Part shown: in pieces, positions 1 to 9,253 of the stretch | Layout of the letters: each line of letters starts with the position of its first letter | How positions within the stretch are numbered: position 1 is the first letter of the stretch | Source: a virus | Taxonomy: Duplodnaviria; Caudoviricetes | IMG/VR virus record: IMGVR_UViG_3300049564_000015 | Coordinates: 1-42,789 of that record | Reading direction: 5' to 3' (one strand) | Length of the DNA: 42,789 bases | Translations under genes and position numbers: made by a program | The notes under the pieces: generated by a model | Told to the model about the DNA's origin: nothing | The model's database searches: none | Seen by the model: only the letters and a program-made list of their open reading frames with translations

Positions 1-118
1 CCGGAGTTGCCCTGACCGAACCAGCTGTTTGAGATATAAAGAATGCCATTCGTAATCGTGGCGGCCTTAAATCCCGCTGCCGTAGCGGTGAAGTAAGAGC
101 CCGTCACCTCGAACCGGC
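1..118 (+). repeat. Terminal direct repeat, left copy (assembly circularisation overlap)
   Basis: 1-118 is identical to 42672-42789 and lies inside a CDS that reads through the join. Confidence 0.95.
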
Positions 119-1634
119 CACCGCTCTGCTGTTGAATGCCATTATACCCGTCGAACGCGCAATCGATGGCACTGCCGAAGGTGTAGCCGGACGCTCCGGC
201 AAACAGATTCAGGTCCAAATAGAACAGGAACAGGCAGCGCATCAGCTTCAGATCATCACAACGGCCCGAAGCGATGCACGTCGTTCCTGTACTTTGCGCG
301 ATGCTCAATTGGTTTGCCGTCATCTCGAAGCCGGCGAAATGCAGCTCGCTGATGCGCACGGTATCGACGCAGCCGTCTATGTAAATACCGAATGTGTAGA
401 AGCTGGCTTGCAGATCACGGATATACGCTCCACCGGAGTTGCCGCCCATATTGACCGCAACGGTCGCATTGGTGATCGACATCTCCTCCAGCACGAAACG
501 CGGCTGAGTGCTGGCCATGACCGCCGCCGGATAGGTGGTGAGCGAAGCACGGACGGCGGTGTCTGGCTGCACGAAGCGTATCTTAAAGCTCTTGAGGTAT
601 GCGCCCGGCTCGCCCGAGGTGAGCACGAACACTCCGGCAGCCGACATATTGAACGTGGTGTTGGCCAGGATCACCGAGTGCTGCCGGCCTGCCCCCTGGA
701 TTAACTGGCCAGGCGTTGCGCAGGTGATGGCATCACGCACGAGGTATACCCCTGGCGGGATATAAACTGGTTGGCCAGTAGCGATGGCGGCCTGAATCGC
801 CGCCGTGTCATTAGCCACACCATCGCCAATCGCGCCAAACCACAGCACGTTAACCGGGTTGTTTTGCCAGTCGTCGCGATACCAACGACGCGACGACGCA
901 TCTACGATGATCGTGCCGCCGTTGTCCGCTGTGGTGGTGTCGGTGCTGACATAGAGGAACCGCCCGCCGCCCTTCGTCCCGGTGCCGGCGTAACTGCGCA
1001 CCTGCACGTCGGATACCGGTAACGTGGCACTGGTGGACGCACGCAGCGCCGCAATGGTGGCGGCCGTAGCAACCTGTCGGTCAGCGTATTGCTTGGTTAC
1101 CGCCTGCAAAGGCAACGCCGGATCTAGCGCGAGCGTCACGGTCGAACTAAAGGTCGCGGCGCCCGTTTGCGTGGTAGTGCTGGCAAAGGTCCATGGCGTG
1201 TGCGACGTACTACCCGCGCCGTCGAGGCTCAGCAGGTTGACCGGCGCCGTGGTCGAGTTGGCATAGGCCGGCATGTCAGCGATCCGCAACACGCCCGCGG
1301 CATTGGTGATGCCAATCAGATTGGCGCCGGTGTTATCGGTAAAGCCGATCGTTGGGTTGTTACCCGACCCAGTGACCAGGAGCTGCTTACCATAATTGGA
1401 CGAACTCCAGGAACCCAACGAGGTGTTAATAGTACCGCCATTGAGTGGCAGAAACGCTCCTGGCCCGGCTATCGGCACGACCGACGTGGCTGTGCCGCCC
1501 GACCCACCAGTGCCTTCGCCGTAGTACAATGTATGACTGGCCTCGTTGTAGGCCAGCTCGGCGTTCGCCAGCGACGCTGGCGTCCCTGCTCCGCCCGCTG
1601 CAAGACGACGTTTAATACGCAGAATGTCTGCCAT
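1..1634 (-). CDS. Tailspike/depolymerase, 5' part of a 672-aa gene spanning the contig ends (1634->1, then 42671->42287)
   Basis: Missing from the ORF track. ATG at 1634 (MADILRIKRR...LANAELAYNE), open to position 1; joined length 2019 nt = 673 codons. NVLWFGAIGDGVANDTAAIQAAI...YIPPGVY is a pectate_lyase_3-like beta-helix start. Confidence 0.9.
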   Translation of the reverse strand, partial: MADILRIKRRLAAGGAGTPASLANAELAYNEASHTLYYGEGTGGSGGTATSVVPIAGPGAFLPLNGGTINTSLGSWSSSNYGKQLLVTGSGNNPTIGFTDNTGANLIGITNAAGVLRIADMPAYANSTTAPVNLLSLDGAGSTSHTPWTFASTTTQTGAATFSSTVTLALDPALPLQAVTKQYADRQVATAATIAALRASTSATLPVSDVQVRSYAGTGTKGGGRFLYVSTDTTTADNGGTIIVDASSRRWYRDDWQNNPVNVLWFGAIGDGVANDTAAIQAAIATGQPVYIPPGVYLVRDAITCATPGQLIQGAGRQHSVILANTTFNMSAAGVFVLTSGEPGAYLKSFKIRFVQPDTAVRASLTTYPAAVMASTQPRFVLEEMSITNATVAVNMGGNSGGAYIRDLQASFYTFGIYIDGCVDTVRISELHFAGFEMTANQLSIAQSTGTTCIASGRCDDLKLMRCLFLFYLDLNLFAGASGYTFGSAIDCAFDGYNGIQQQSGGRFEVTGSYFTATAAGFKAATITNGILYISNSWFGQGNS

Positions 1635-1637
1635 AGT

Positions 1638-3434
1638 TCAGAACGACCCGCCGTCCAACTGGACGCCGTCGATCGTGCCGCCGGTAATGGCCACCGCGCT
1701 GGCGTTCTGGCTCGCCATCGTGCCGAGGCCGGTGATATCGGTTAGCGCAAGCTGCGCCTGGGCAGTGAACGCCGACGTGCCGTTGCCCTTGAGGTAGCCG
1801 GTCAGCGTGGTAGCACCCGACCCACCTCGGTTCACCGCGATCGTGGTGGCGTTCCAGGTGCCAGTGTTGACGCTACCCAGCGTGTTGATGCTGACCTGGC
1901 CGACATACGCCGCGTCGATGTCGATGTTGTCGGCGAACGCCGTGATGCGACCGGCGGTGCCGATCACGTCGAACGAGTTGCCTGTGCGGGTCATACCCGC
2001 GCCGGCGGTAACCTGCGCCGCCTGGGAGAACTGCACCCACACGATGGCCGTCGTGCCGAGTGTGCCGCCGGTCGCCGAGTTGCACACCCACGAACTGTTC
2101 GAGTTCAGCGTGCCATTGGCGACGAACACGTATGCCTGGGGAACCTCCAGCCACGTATCCATGTCGAGGGCGCGGGTCCAGGCGCCAGCGACCGCGACGT
2201 AAATACCGTTGTTCTGTGCGAGTGTCTGGTCCTTCACCAGCACACGATCGTTGGTGAGCATCGTATAGCCATCGAGGCTTTGCAGCCCGGACAGGGTAAT
2301 GTTCGCCCCCACCGTCGCCACCTGAACAGCGCCCTTGGCGAGTAGGCCGGTGGCGCTCTGATCCACGTAGCGCTTGGTGGCCGCATCGGACGCAGCGATG
2401 GGATCTCCGAGATTATTGAGTAGCTGATTATTCCAACTCACCGCCGAGGTCGGCACCGCCTGCTGGTCCTGCCGCACGGCGAGGACGAACGCTGTGGTGG
2501 CGATCTGCGTGGTGTTGGTCCCGGTGGCAGCGGTCGGCGCGGTCGGCGTGCCGGTGAGCGGCGCCGATACCAGAGGCGCGAAGTTGGTGGAGACAAAGCC
2601 CGTCGTCGCAACCTGTGTCGTGCTGTTTGGGTAGGTTGCCGTCGGCGCCGCCGGTGTGCCGGTAAATGTCGGCGACGCCAATGGCGCTTTCGTGGTGTCA
2701 CTCGGATGAACGTGATCGCCTCTGGCGTAGGTTGTCAGAGCGCCGATCGCCGCCGTCCCATCCATCACCGGCGTGGTGGCAGATGCGACCGGCAGCGCCG
2801 CTGTTGTCGCGTAGCTCTGCGCCTTGACGAACGCCGTCGTGGCGATCGAGGTGTCATTGTCGGCAGTCAGCGGCGTAGGAGCCTGCGGATCTCCGGTGAA
2901 CACCGGCGAAGCCAGTGGCGCGCGCGACGTATCCACAGGATGCGCGTGGTCGTTTCTTGCGTACGTCGTGCCAATGCCGACCACGCCCGAGCCGGTATCC
3001 ACCAACGGCGTCGTGCTGGACGGGTTTGGCACCGCACCGCCCGTCGCGTAGCCCTGGGCTTTGACGTAGGCAGTGGTGGCAAGCGACACCGATGAGTCAG
3101 CTGTCAACGGCGTTGGCCCGGTCGGGTTGCCGGTGAACACCGGACTGGCCAGCGGCGCACGCGACGTATCGGTCGGGTGGACGTGATCTGCGCGGGTCCA
3201 CGAGCTTGCGCTGCCTGCCGCCGCCGTGCCGTCCATCAGCGGCAGGGTTCCCGACGACAACCCCTGCCCGCCGATGGGAACGATTGTCGAGGCCGTGCCA
3301 CCGCCGCCGCCGGTGCCCTCACCGTAATACAGAATGTGGTCCTGCTCGTTATAGGCCAGCTCGGCATTGGCTAGTGACGTTGGCGCACCAGGGGCACCTG
3401 TCGTTCGACGCTTGATGCGCAGGATGTCAACCAT
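1638..3434 (-). CDS. Tail fibre protein, 598 aa
   Basis: N-terminus MVDILRIKRR...LANAELAYNE; three DH(V/A)HP..DT..APLASP.FTG.P..PT repeats; DAATKRYVD and DRVLVKDQT fibre motifs; ends LDGGSF. Confidence 0.85.
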   Translation of the reverse strand: MVDILRIKRRTTGAPGAPTSLANAELAYNEQDHILYYGEGTGGGGGTASTIVPIGGQGLSSGTLPLMDGTAAAGSASSWTRADHVHPTDTSRAPLASPVFTGNPTGPTPLTADSSVSLATTAYVKAQGYATGGAVPNPSSTTPLVDTGSGVVGIGTTYARNDHAHPVDTSRAPLASPVFTGDPQAPTPLTADNDTSIATTAFVKAQSYATTAALPVASATTPVMDGTAAIGALTTYARGDHVHPSDTTKAPLASPTFTGTPAAPTATYPNSTTQVATTGFVSTNFAPLVSAPLTGTPTAPTAATGTNTTQIATTAFVLAVRQDQQAVPTSAVSWNNQLLNNLGDPIAASDAATKRYVDQSATGLLAKGAVQVATVGANITLSGLQSLDGYTMLTNDRVLVKDQTLAQNNGIYVAVAGAWTRALDMDTWLEVPQAYVFVANGTLNSNSSWVCNSATGGTLGTTAIVWVQFSQAAQVTAGAGMTRTGNSFDVIGTAGRITAFADNIDIDAAYVGQVSINTLGSVNTGTWNATTIAVNRGGSGATTLTGYLKGNGTSAFTAQAQLALTDITGLGTMASQNASAVAITGGTIDGVQLDGGSF

Positions 3435-3458
3435 CAGCGGGCTCCCTTAGTTGCCATA

Positions 3459-3911
3459 TCAGAAATTCCCTCCGTCTATGAGTTCGTCGCCGGCTCCCAC
3501 GACCACCCAAAGGGCGCTGTTTCGGCCGTAGGTCAGGCCGTCCACAGGCGCCTCTCCGAGCCCGCCTGGAGGCCCTGGTGCGCCGTCTGCGCCAGGTGCC
3601 CCGTCCACGCCTGGTGGCCCCGCTGGCCCAGGAGGACCGCGCCATGCGTCGTCCATCGGATCGCAGGGCACCCCTGGTGGTTGGGGGTGTCCGGCGAAGT
3701 CGGGACCGCCGGGGACGCTGATGAACCCATCGAACTGCGGCCCAGGCTCGCATGGTATTGGCTGCGGCTGCGGCTGGCCGATGAAGTCAGGCCCGCCTGG
3801 TATGACCCAGCCGCTACCGCTCATCGGCATAGGGGGCGGTGGAGGGGGCGGGGACGGCTGGTCCGGCTGCAGACGCCCGGAGAATACCGGCCCCCGCATG
3901 CCCTCAGGCAT
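3459..3911 (-). CDS. Collagen-like, foldon-containing fibre/adaptor protein
   Basis: Poly-Pro, duplicated PGGPDF.G.PQP..(I/V)PC.P, Gly-X-Y run, EAPVDGLTYGR...W, ends IDGGNF. Confidence 0.75.
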   Translation of the reverse strand: MPEGMRGPVFSGRLQPDQPSPPPPPPPMPMSGSGWVIPGGPDFIGQPQPQPIPCEPGPQFDGFISVPGGPDFAGHPQPPGVPCDPMDDAWRGPPGPAGPPGVDGAPGADGAPGPPGGLGEAPVDGLTYGRNSALWVVVGAGDELIDGGNF

Positions 3912-6427
3912 TAGGCCAGCACCATGGCGCGGGCCTGCACGCCCACTGACGTAGCCTCCTGCAGTTCGACGTTGGCGAGCACGCGTGGCCAGTAGCGCAC
4001 GCGCGACTTGAAGCCGTTCTGCGCGGCCTGCCGGATGGCACTCAGGTTCAGCCGGTTGGTAGTGACCGGCGCGGTCCCCGAGGACGAGATAACCGCGCCG
4101 CCGTTCAGGCTCCCGGTGAGCGCGCCCGCATTGTAGGTCATCGCCGCCCGGAACGGCGTGCCGGGCAAGACCGTGTTCGCGGTGTTCGCCGATGCCTGCC
4201 CGACACCGCCACTCGCCTCGACGATATAGAACTGGTTACTGGTCACCCGTGCGATGGTGCAGTTGTTGATGCTGCCGTCGTCGAACCCGACGACGTCCTG
4301 GTTGCCGGCGCTCACCTGCTGCATGGTGCCGTCCACCGCGAACGAGCCGGCCGTCGCGCTATACCACGCCGCCGTCGGCATCGAGCACAGGTCGAAGGCG
4401 CGGGCCACCGTTGCCGTAGTCGGGGTCGGGATGTAGCTGGTAGGCGCCGTGAGAAACGCCGCCGTCTCGACCTGCGCGCCCCAGGTGAAGATGCCGAGGC
4501 CGGTGCTGGCCGGGGTGTAGTTGCCGCCGACGGTCGTTACCGTAGCAGGCTCAGGATAGACAGTGAAAACGTACGACCCGCCGGTCCCGTTGCTGGTGGC
4601 TGTCATTGATATTCGGTACCAACCGTTCGGGAACGGCGTAATCGAGCACGTCGTGGTCCCACTTGTCGTCACGATGGTGCCGGTGGTCAGGTCGAACAAC
4701 CCACCGGTGTTACCCGCCGGAAACCCTGTATTAGCAAACGATAGCGACACACGCGGATAAGCGTTCGCTTTTACGAATAGACTGCCGCAATACGTCGTGC
4801 TTAGCGCCCCAGTGTAAGCCCTAAATAAGGCGTGACCATTAGTGCTCGTATCATTAGTTACGACACTCGTTGCAGCGTTCGTGCCGTCAGGCGCCGTGCC
4901 TGCGTTGGGGGTCATCGACAAAGCGCCCCCCGGCGAAATACCCCAGCCAGCGGCAGACTGGTCACCACTCGGACCTATCAGGTTAGTCCGCGTCTCCTCG
5001 ATCAGCAGCCCAAGCGGCGCATGCGAAATCGGGTCATACCCGAACCTCGGCGCGTTGATCGCGGCGGTCTGGATCGTGCCGGTGGCGTCCACGTAGGTGC
5101 CGGTCGTGGAGCGGGTGAGGGTCAGCCCGGTAGGCAGCGTCGGTCCCGTCAGGTAGAGATCCAGCAACGGCCCGCTCAGCGACGTGGCGGCCTGTAGCTC
5201 GCTGTTGGACAGCGCGCGGGGCCAGTAACGGATGCGGGATACCGAGCCATTGAGGTAATTCGGCGTAGCACCGCTCAGGTTCCCAAGCGTAAACACGTTC
5301 ATGCCCGGCGGTGTTGCAATTGCTCCTGACACAATAGCACTACCGCCAAGTGAGGCAGAGAACGTTGTCCCATCCCATGATGCTGCGGATTTAGTTACGG
5401 TGTTTGCAATAATCGTCCCAATCGTGAGCGGAACCGTAGCAGGATTGATTGTTGCAACTGATCGGCCTGTGTTGGCGCTTGCAGACATGCCCAACACAAT
5501 ACGATTGTTTGCTGTTCCGTCCGAGATGCACACTGCACCGCGAACCGATGCACTTGGATTAGGACTTTGTGGAACAACGAAATCAACCGATGCTGAACCA
5601 AGTGCTGCATTGAACCACGCCGCTGTCGGCATCGTCACCACATCCGCCGCCCGCGTGACCGCGCCTGCGGTGGTGGGAATGTAGCTGGTGGGGAAGGCGC
5701 CGGCTTCTACCTGTGCGCCCCACATATACAAACCGGATACGCCGTCGCCGGTATAGACACTACCGCCCATCGCATTACTCAAAAACACACGATGAATGGC
5801 GCCTGTAGTTGCGGCGGCCGACAACGTAGCAGTCAGCGATACGCGGTACCAGCCGTTGAGGAACGGCGTGATCGTCGCCAATGACGATGTTGCCGCACCG
5901 AATGTGGTTGGCGCACCAATTGTGCCAGTCGATAAATCAATGCTTAGAAGCACGCTGTTGGTTGTCGTCGTGTTGTCGAACAACTGGAATTGCGCCCAGC
6001 GGCGGGTGTTGTTCTTCAGAAACACCGACGCCGTGACGGGCGCATTGACCGGAACTGCCGCAACAGTCGCATTGTTATAATGCGTCTGTGCCGCAGTGGT
6101 ATCCTCCACAACGCTGGCAGCCGTTGTCGTGCCATCCGGTGCTGTAGTGGCATTAGCTGTCGCCGTCACGCGGATGGGGTTCCACGGAGAGACGCTCATT
6201 GCACCGGATTGCAGGGCGTAGTTGGTCCGTGCTTCTTCGATCAGCAGTCCACGCGGCGTATGTGCCACCGGATCATAGTCGAAGCGCGGCGCGTTGATCG
6301 CGCCGGTCTGCAACGTGCCCGTCACGTCGAAATACGTTGCCGTGCTCGCGCGGGTGAAGGTGATACTCGGATCGAGCGTCGGCCCTAGCAGGTTTAGATC
6401 AAGCGTCGGTCCGGTAGATCCGCTCAT
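3911..6427 (-). CDS. Virion spike/fibre protein with two tandem ~410-aa lectin-like modules
   Basis: Two copies of TR.ST.TY.D..G..QT.AINAPRF.YDP..H.P.GLLIEE.RTN...WGAQVE...PTSYIPT...RYWPR.L.N.ELQ. Confidence 0.8.
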   Translation of the reverse strand: MSGSTGPTLDLNLLGPTLDPSITFTRASTATYFDVTGTLQTGAINAPRFDYDPVAHTPRGLLIEEARTNYALQSGAMSVSPWNPIRVTATANATTAPDGTTTAASVVEDTTAAQTHYNNATVAAVPVNAPVTASVFLKNNTRRWAQFQLFDNTTTTNSVLLSIDLSTGTIGAPTTFGAATSSLATITPFLNGWYRVSLTATLSAAATTGAIHRVFLSNAMGGSVYTGDGVSGLYMWGAQVEAGAFPTSYIPTTAGAVTRAADVVTMPTAAWFNAALGSASVDFVVPQSPNPSASVRGAVCISDGTANNRIVLGMSASANTGRSVATINPATVPLTIGTIIANTVTKSAASWDGTTFSASLGGSAIVSGAIATPPGMNVFTLGNLSGATPNYLNGSVSRIRYWPRALSNSELQAATSLSGPLLDLYLTGPTLPTGLTLTRSTTGTYVDATGTIQTAAINAPRFGYDPISHAPLGLLIEETRTNLIGPSGDQSAAGWGISPGGALSMTPNAGTAPDGTNAATSVVTNDTSTNGHALFRAYTGALSTTYCGSLFVKANAYPRVSLSFANTGFPAGNTGGLFDLTTGTIVTTSGTTTCSITPFPNGWYRISMTATSNGTGGSYVFTVYPEPATVTTVGGNYTPASTGLGIFTWGAQVETAAFLTAPTSYIPTPTTATVARAFDLCSMPTAAWYSATAGSFAVDGTMQQVSAGNQDVVGFDDGSINNCTIARVTSNQFYIVEASGGVGQASANTANTVLPGTPFRAAMTYNAGALTGSLNGGAVISSSGTAPVTTNRLNLSAIRQAAQNGFKSRVRYWPRVLANVELQEATSVGVQARAMVLA

Positions 6428-7737
6428 ACGCGCGCCGCCAACACGGAGATCCCCACATCCGCCAGTGTGGCGTCCTGCGTCGCAGCGGCCACCATCTGCA
6501 GGATATCACCCGCCGCCAATGACCCACCCGCGCCCGCCAGGGTGGCGCTGGTCGCCGAGGCCGTGGTGATGGTGATGGTCCCCAGCGCGCTGGTCACGCC
6601 GGCAACCGTGATCTTGTTCAGCGTGAACACCGCGTTCGCGGTCGCCCTGGTCACGTCATACACCACGGTACCCGCGAGTGCCGCAGGTACCGTGATCGCC
6701 ATCGGCATGGGCACGTTAACCGTCGCACCCGCAGACGGCCGGCCGGCGAACGGGAAGCTGATCGGAAGCTGTTGGACTTCGGCGGGGAGGTCGGAATACG
6801 CGAGCGCACCGGCAGTGCTACCGTCGAGTATCAGTCCGTAGGAGGCCAGCGAGGTGAGTAAGCTCGCGAGCGCCGCAGCGTTCGAGCGTGTGCCGGTGAC
6901 GGTGGGCTTGGCGATCGGTGTAGCGCCAAGAAAGCCGAGTTTACCGCCGGTTGGTTGTAGATACATACCAACGTTAGCTGACGCTATAACGCTCGCAGGA
7001 CTAGTAAATACTGGGGCATTAAGCGAAATCGAATTACTTGACGGTGTACCAGCCGTGACACTAGGAGTGCTGAATTGCACTCCCGCAAGGGCGGAAACAT
7101 TAAACGTCAGCATACCTGTGCCGGTCGTGGTAACCGTGACCGCATTTGACGTTGCCGCACCCGGCGTGACCGTCAGCGCATTCGCGGCACCCGTACCAAC
7201 GGTCAGCGGCGAACCGAACGTGGCGCTGCCGGTCGCGCGTGCGATGGTCAGTGGTGCCGGGCCGAGCCCCGTCCCTGCATCAGTAAACCGGGCAAGTGTC
7301 AGATCACTGCCAACATTGCTGCCGGTTTCGGCGGTGGGGCCGGCCATCGTGAGCACCCAACGCAGGAGGCCCGACTTACTCGCCGCGATATATCCGCTGG
7401 CGTTCACCGCGACCGAGGTATCGAACATGATACCGGGCCAGTCCGGGCCGTCGGCAATGACCTTGACCCGCGCCGTGCCGTTCACGGCCTGGTTAGAGTG
7501 AACCAGCAAAGGCCCCTCGACCATGCCGTTCACCAACCCAAGCGCCTGGCTCCATCCCCCATTGAGCCGGCCATAGGTCAGATCGTTAAGCGGCGCCTCG
7601 CCGGTGCCCCCAGGAGGGCCTGGGACGCCCTGCGGCCCCTGCGGACCCGTGGGGCCAGGCGGCCCAACCCAGCGCTCTGGATCAGGCGGCCCGGTGTCAG
7701 TGCCAGGGTAATCGCTGTAGTGGATCTTGTAGGCCAT
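6424..7737 (-). CDS. Collagen-foldon fibre protein, 437 aa
   Basis: [19 protein letters not shown] followed by [16 protein letters not shown]; G/A/T-rich beta-structured body. Confidence 0.75.
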   Translation of the reverse strand: MAYKIHYSDYPGTDTGPPDPERWVGPPGPTGPQGPQGVPGPPGGTGEAPLNDLTYGRLNGGWSQALGLVNGMVEGPLLVHSNQAVNGTARVKVIADGPDWPGIMFDTSVAVNASGYIAASKSGLLRWVLTMAGPTAETGSNVGSDLTLARFTDAGTGLGPAPLTIARATGSATFGSPLTVGTGAANALTVTPGAATSNAVTVTTTGTGMLTFNVSALAGVQFSTPSVTAGTPSSNSISLNAPVFTSPASVIASANVGMYLQPTGGKLGFLGATPIAKPTVTGTRSNAAALASLLTSLASYGLILDGSTAGALAYSDLPAEVQQLPISFPFAGRPSAGATVNVPMPMAITVPAALAGTVVYDVTRATANAVFTLNKITVAGVTSALGTITITTASATSATLAGAGGSLAAGDILQMVAAATQDATLADVGISVLAARV

Positions 7738-8381
7738 CAGAAATACGTCCCCACCACGGTCTGTCCGCTGGTTGGCAGTGCCACGTATCGGTAGATCGAC
7801 AGCATCGCCTGCGCGGTGTCGTTGGCGTCGGTGTCCATGCCGAACAGCGGCGCCAGCGCATCTGCGGCGAGTGTGGCGTATGGATCGGAGAGCGCGTCGG
7901 GGATATCGAGCGATGTCCAGCGTGCGATGCCGCGCATGACGAGGTCGTTGTGGACCGCCTGCACCGCCTGCTGGGCGTTATCGTCGGCCGACAGCACCAT
8001 CGCGCCCTTCTTCACGCGCCCCTCGAGCAGCGCCACGACTGCCGGGTCCACCGCCTTGCCGAAGCTCGATGCGCCATAAGCCGCCGTGAGCTTGGTGTAT
8101 TCCTCGGCGAAGGCGCGTGGCATGGCGTTGCTGTCCCACCACACCACGCCCTGGGCATCGAGCGACGCATGCACGCTCGCGACCTTGTCGAGCATCAGCG
8201 CCTGGTCTGACGCCGATGGTGTCTCGTCCGAGGCGATCACGCCCAACTCCACCAGCGCCGCGGTGGCGAGCGTCGCGGCGGGTACCATTTCCGTCAGCGT
8301 CGGAGAATCATCGAGCGGGACGACGCGCACGCCGAGCCGACGCAGCGCGACCTGAGCAATCGTCCCGACCGATACCGTCAT
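7737..8381 (-). CDS. Head-completion/head-tail adaptor, P22 gp4-like
   Basis: ATG 8381 overlaps upstream TGA (ATGA); N-terminal [11 protein letters not shown] motif; position after capsid genes. Confidence 0.7.
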   Translation of the reverse strand: MTVSVGTIAQVALRRLGVRVVPLDDSPTLTEMVPAATLATAALVELGVIASDETPSASDQALMLDKVASVHASLDAQGVVWWDSNAMPRAFAEEYTKLTAAYGASSFGKAVDPAVVALLEGRVKKGAMVLSADDNAQQAVQAVHNDLVMRGIARWTSLDIPDALSDPYATLAADALAPLFGMDTDANDTAQAMLSIYRYVALPTSGQTVVGTYF

Positions 8382-9244
8382 GTCACGATGTGCGCGTTGC
8401 TGGGCGGGGCTGCCGTCGAGCCAGCCGCGTTGGTGGCCGTGACCACGCACGTTGCCGACTTGCCAACGTCACCGGCCTGCACCTCGTAGGTCGCGGCATC
8501 GCTGCCAGCCGCTGCGTCGTCCAGCTTCCACGCATAAGCGTAGGACGTAGGCTCACCGGTCCAGATGCCCATCGTGCAATTCAACGTGGTGCCCGACTGC
8601 GACACGGCGGGAACCTCGCTGTTGACCGGCGCCGTGGCCTCGCCACCGGAACCGCCGTTGCCACCCTCCGGCGGCGGCTCCGGCGGGACCAGCTCGTCAC
8701 CGGTCAAGATGCCGGCAGCGAGTGATGACAGCCGCGAGGCCTGCGCGCCCATCGTCGGCGTGCGTGCCGCCGCTTCCATCCTGGTCTTCTCCGCCTCGCG
8801 CCGCGCCCGGATCATCTCCGGCGTCGGCGGCGGCCCGGTGGGACTGTCCGGGTCGAGGCCGAGCGCCACCAGATGCGCGTCATAGGCGAGGGAGTTCTCC
8901 TCGACTGTGCCGCCAATGCCGCCACGCGCGCCGAGCGAGCCCTCGCTGTTGTAGTCGAGGATGATCTGCGCGCCGATCGATGACGCGCCCTGCGCCTCGC
9001 GGGCCTCGCGCTCGGCCTTCTCGTCCCGCCGTGGTGCGGCACGCACTTCGGACGGTGCGCGAAAGCCCGGCTGGCCAGGCTGCGGCGGACCAGCGGGATA
9101 GCCGGACTGCTGCTGACCGGGCGCGGGCGGCGGGAACTGCGACTGTTGCGCGTGCTGGCCAGGGCCGTAGGGCGTTCGCCCCCCAGCGTCCCGCTCATCC
9201 CGCCGACCGCCGTTGCCGTGGGTCTCGTGTTTGTTGTTTGCCAT
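8378..9244 (-). CDS. Putative capsid decoration protein with C-terminal Ig-like domain
   Basis: Disordered N-terminus; APVNSEVPAVS...GTTLNCT.G.W...SYAYAW...TY.VQAGDVGK...CVVTATNAAGS; AGGAGG RBS. Confidence 0.7.
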   Translation of the reverse strand: MANNKHETHGNGGRRDERDAGGRTPYGPGQHAQQSQFPPPAPGQQQSGYPAGPPQPGQPGFRAPSEVRAAPRRDEKAEREAREAQGASSIGAQIILDYNSEGSLGARGGIGGTVEENSLAYDAHLVALGLDPDSPTGPPPTPEMIRARREAEKTRMEAAARTPTMGAQASRLSSLAAGILTGDELVPPEPPPEGGNGGSGGEATAPVNSEVPAVSQSGTTLNCTMGIWTGEPTSYAYAWKLDDAAAGSDAATYEVQAGDVGKSATCVVTATNAAGSTAAPPSNAHIVT

Positions 9245-9253
9245 ATCAGCCTC

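Noticed and set aside
1460-6427. Diversity-generating retroelement (Mtd-like N-termini, duplicated modules)
   Set aside because: No reverse transcriptase, and repeats differ at all base types rather than only adenines
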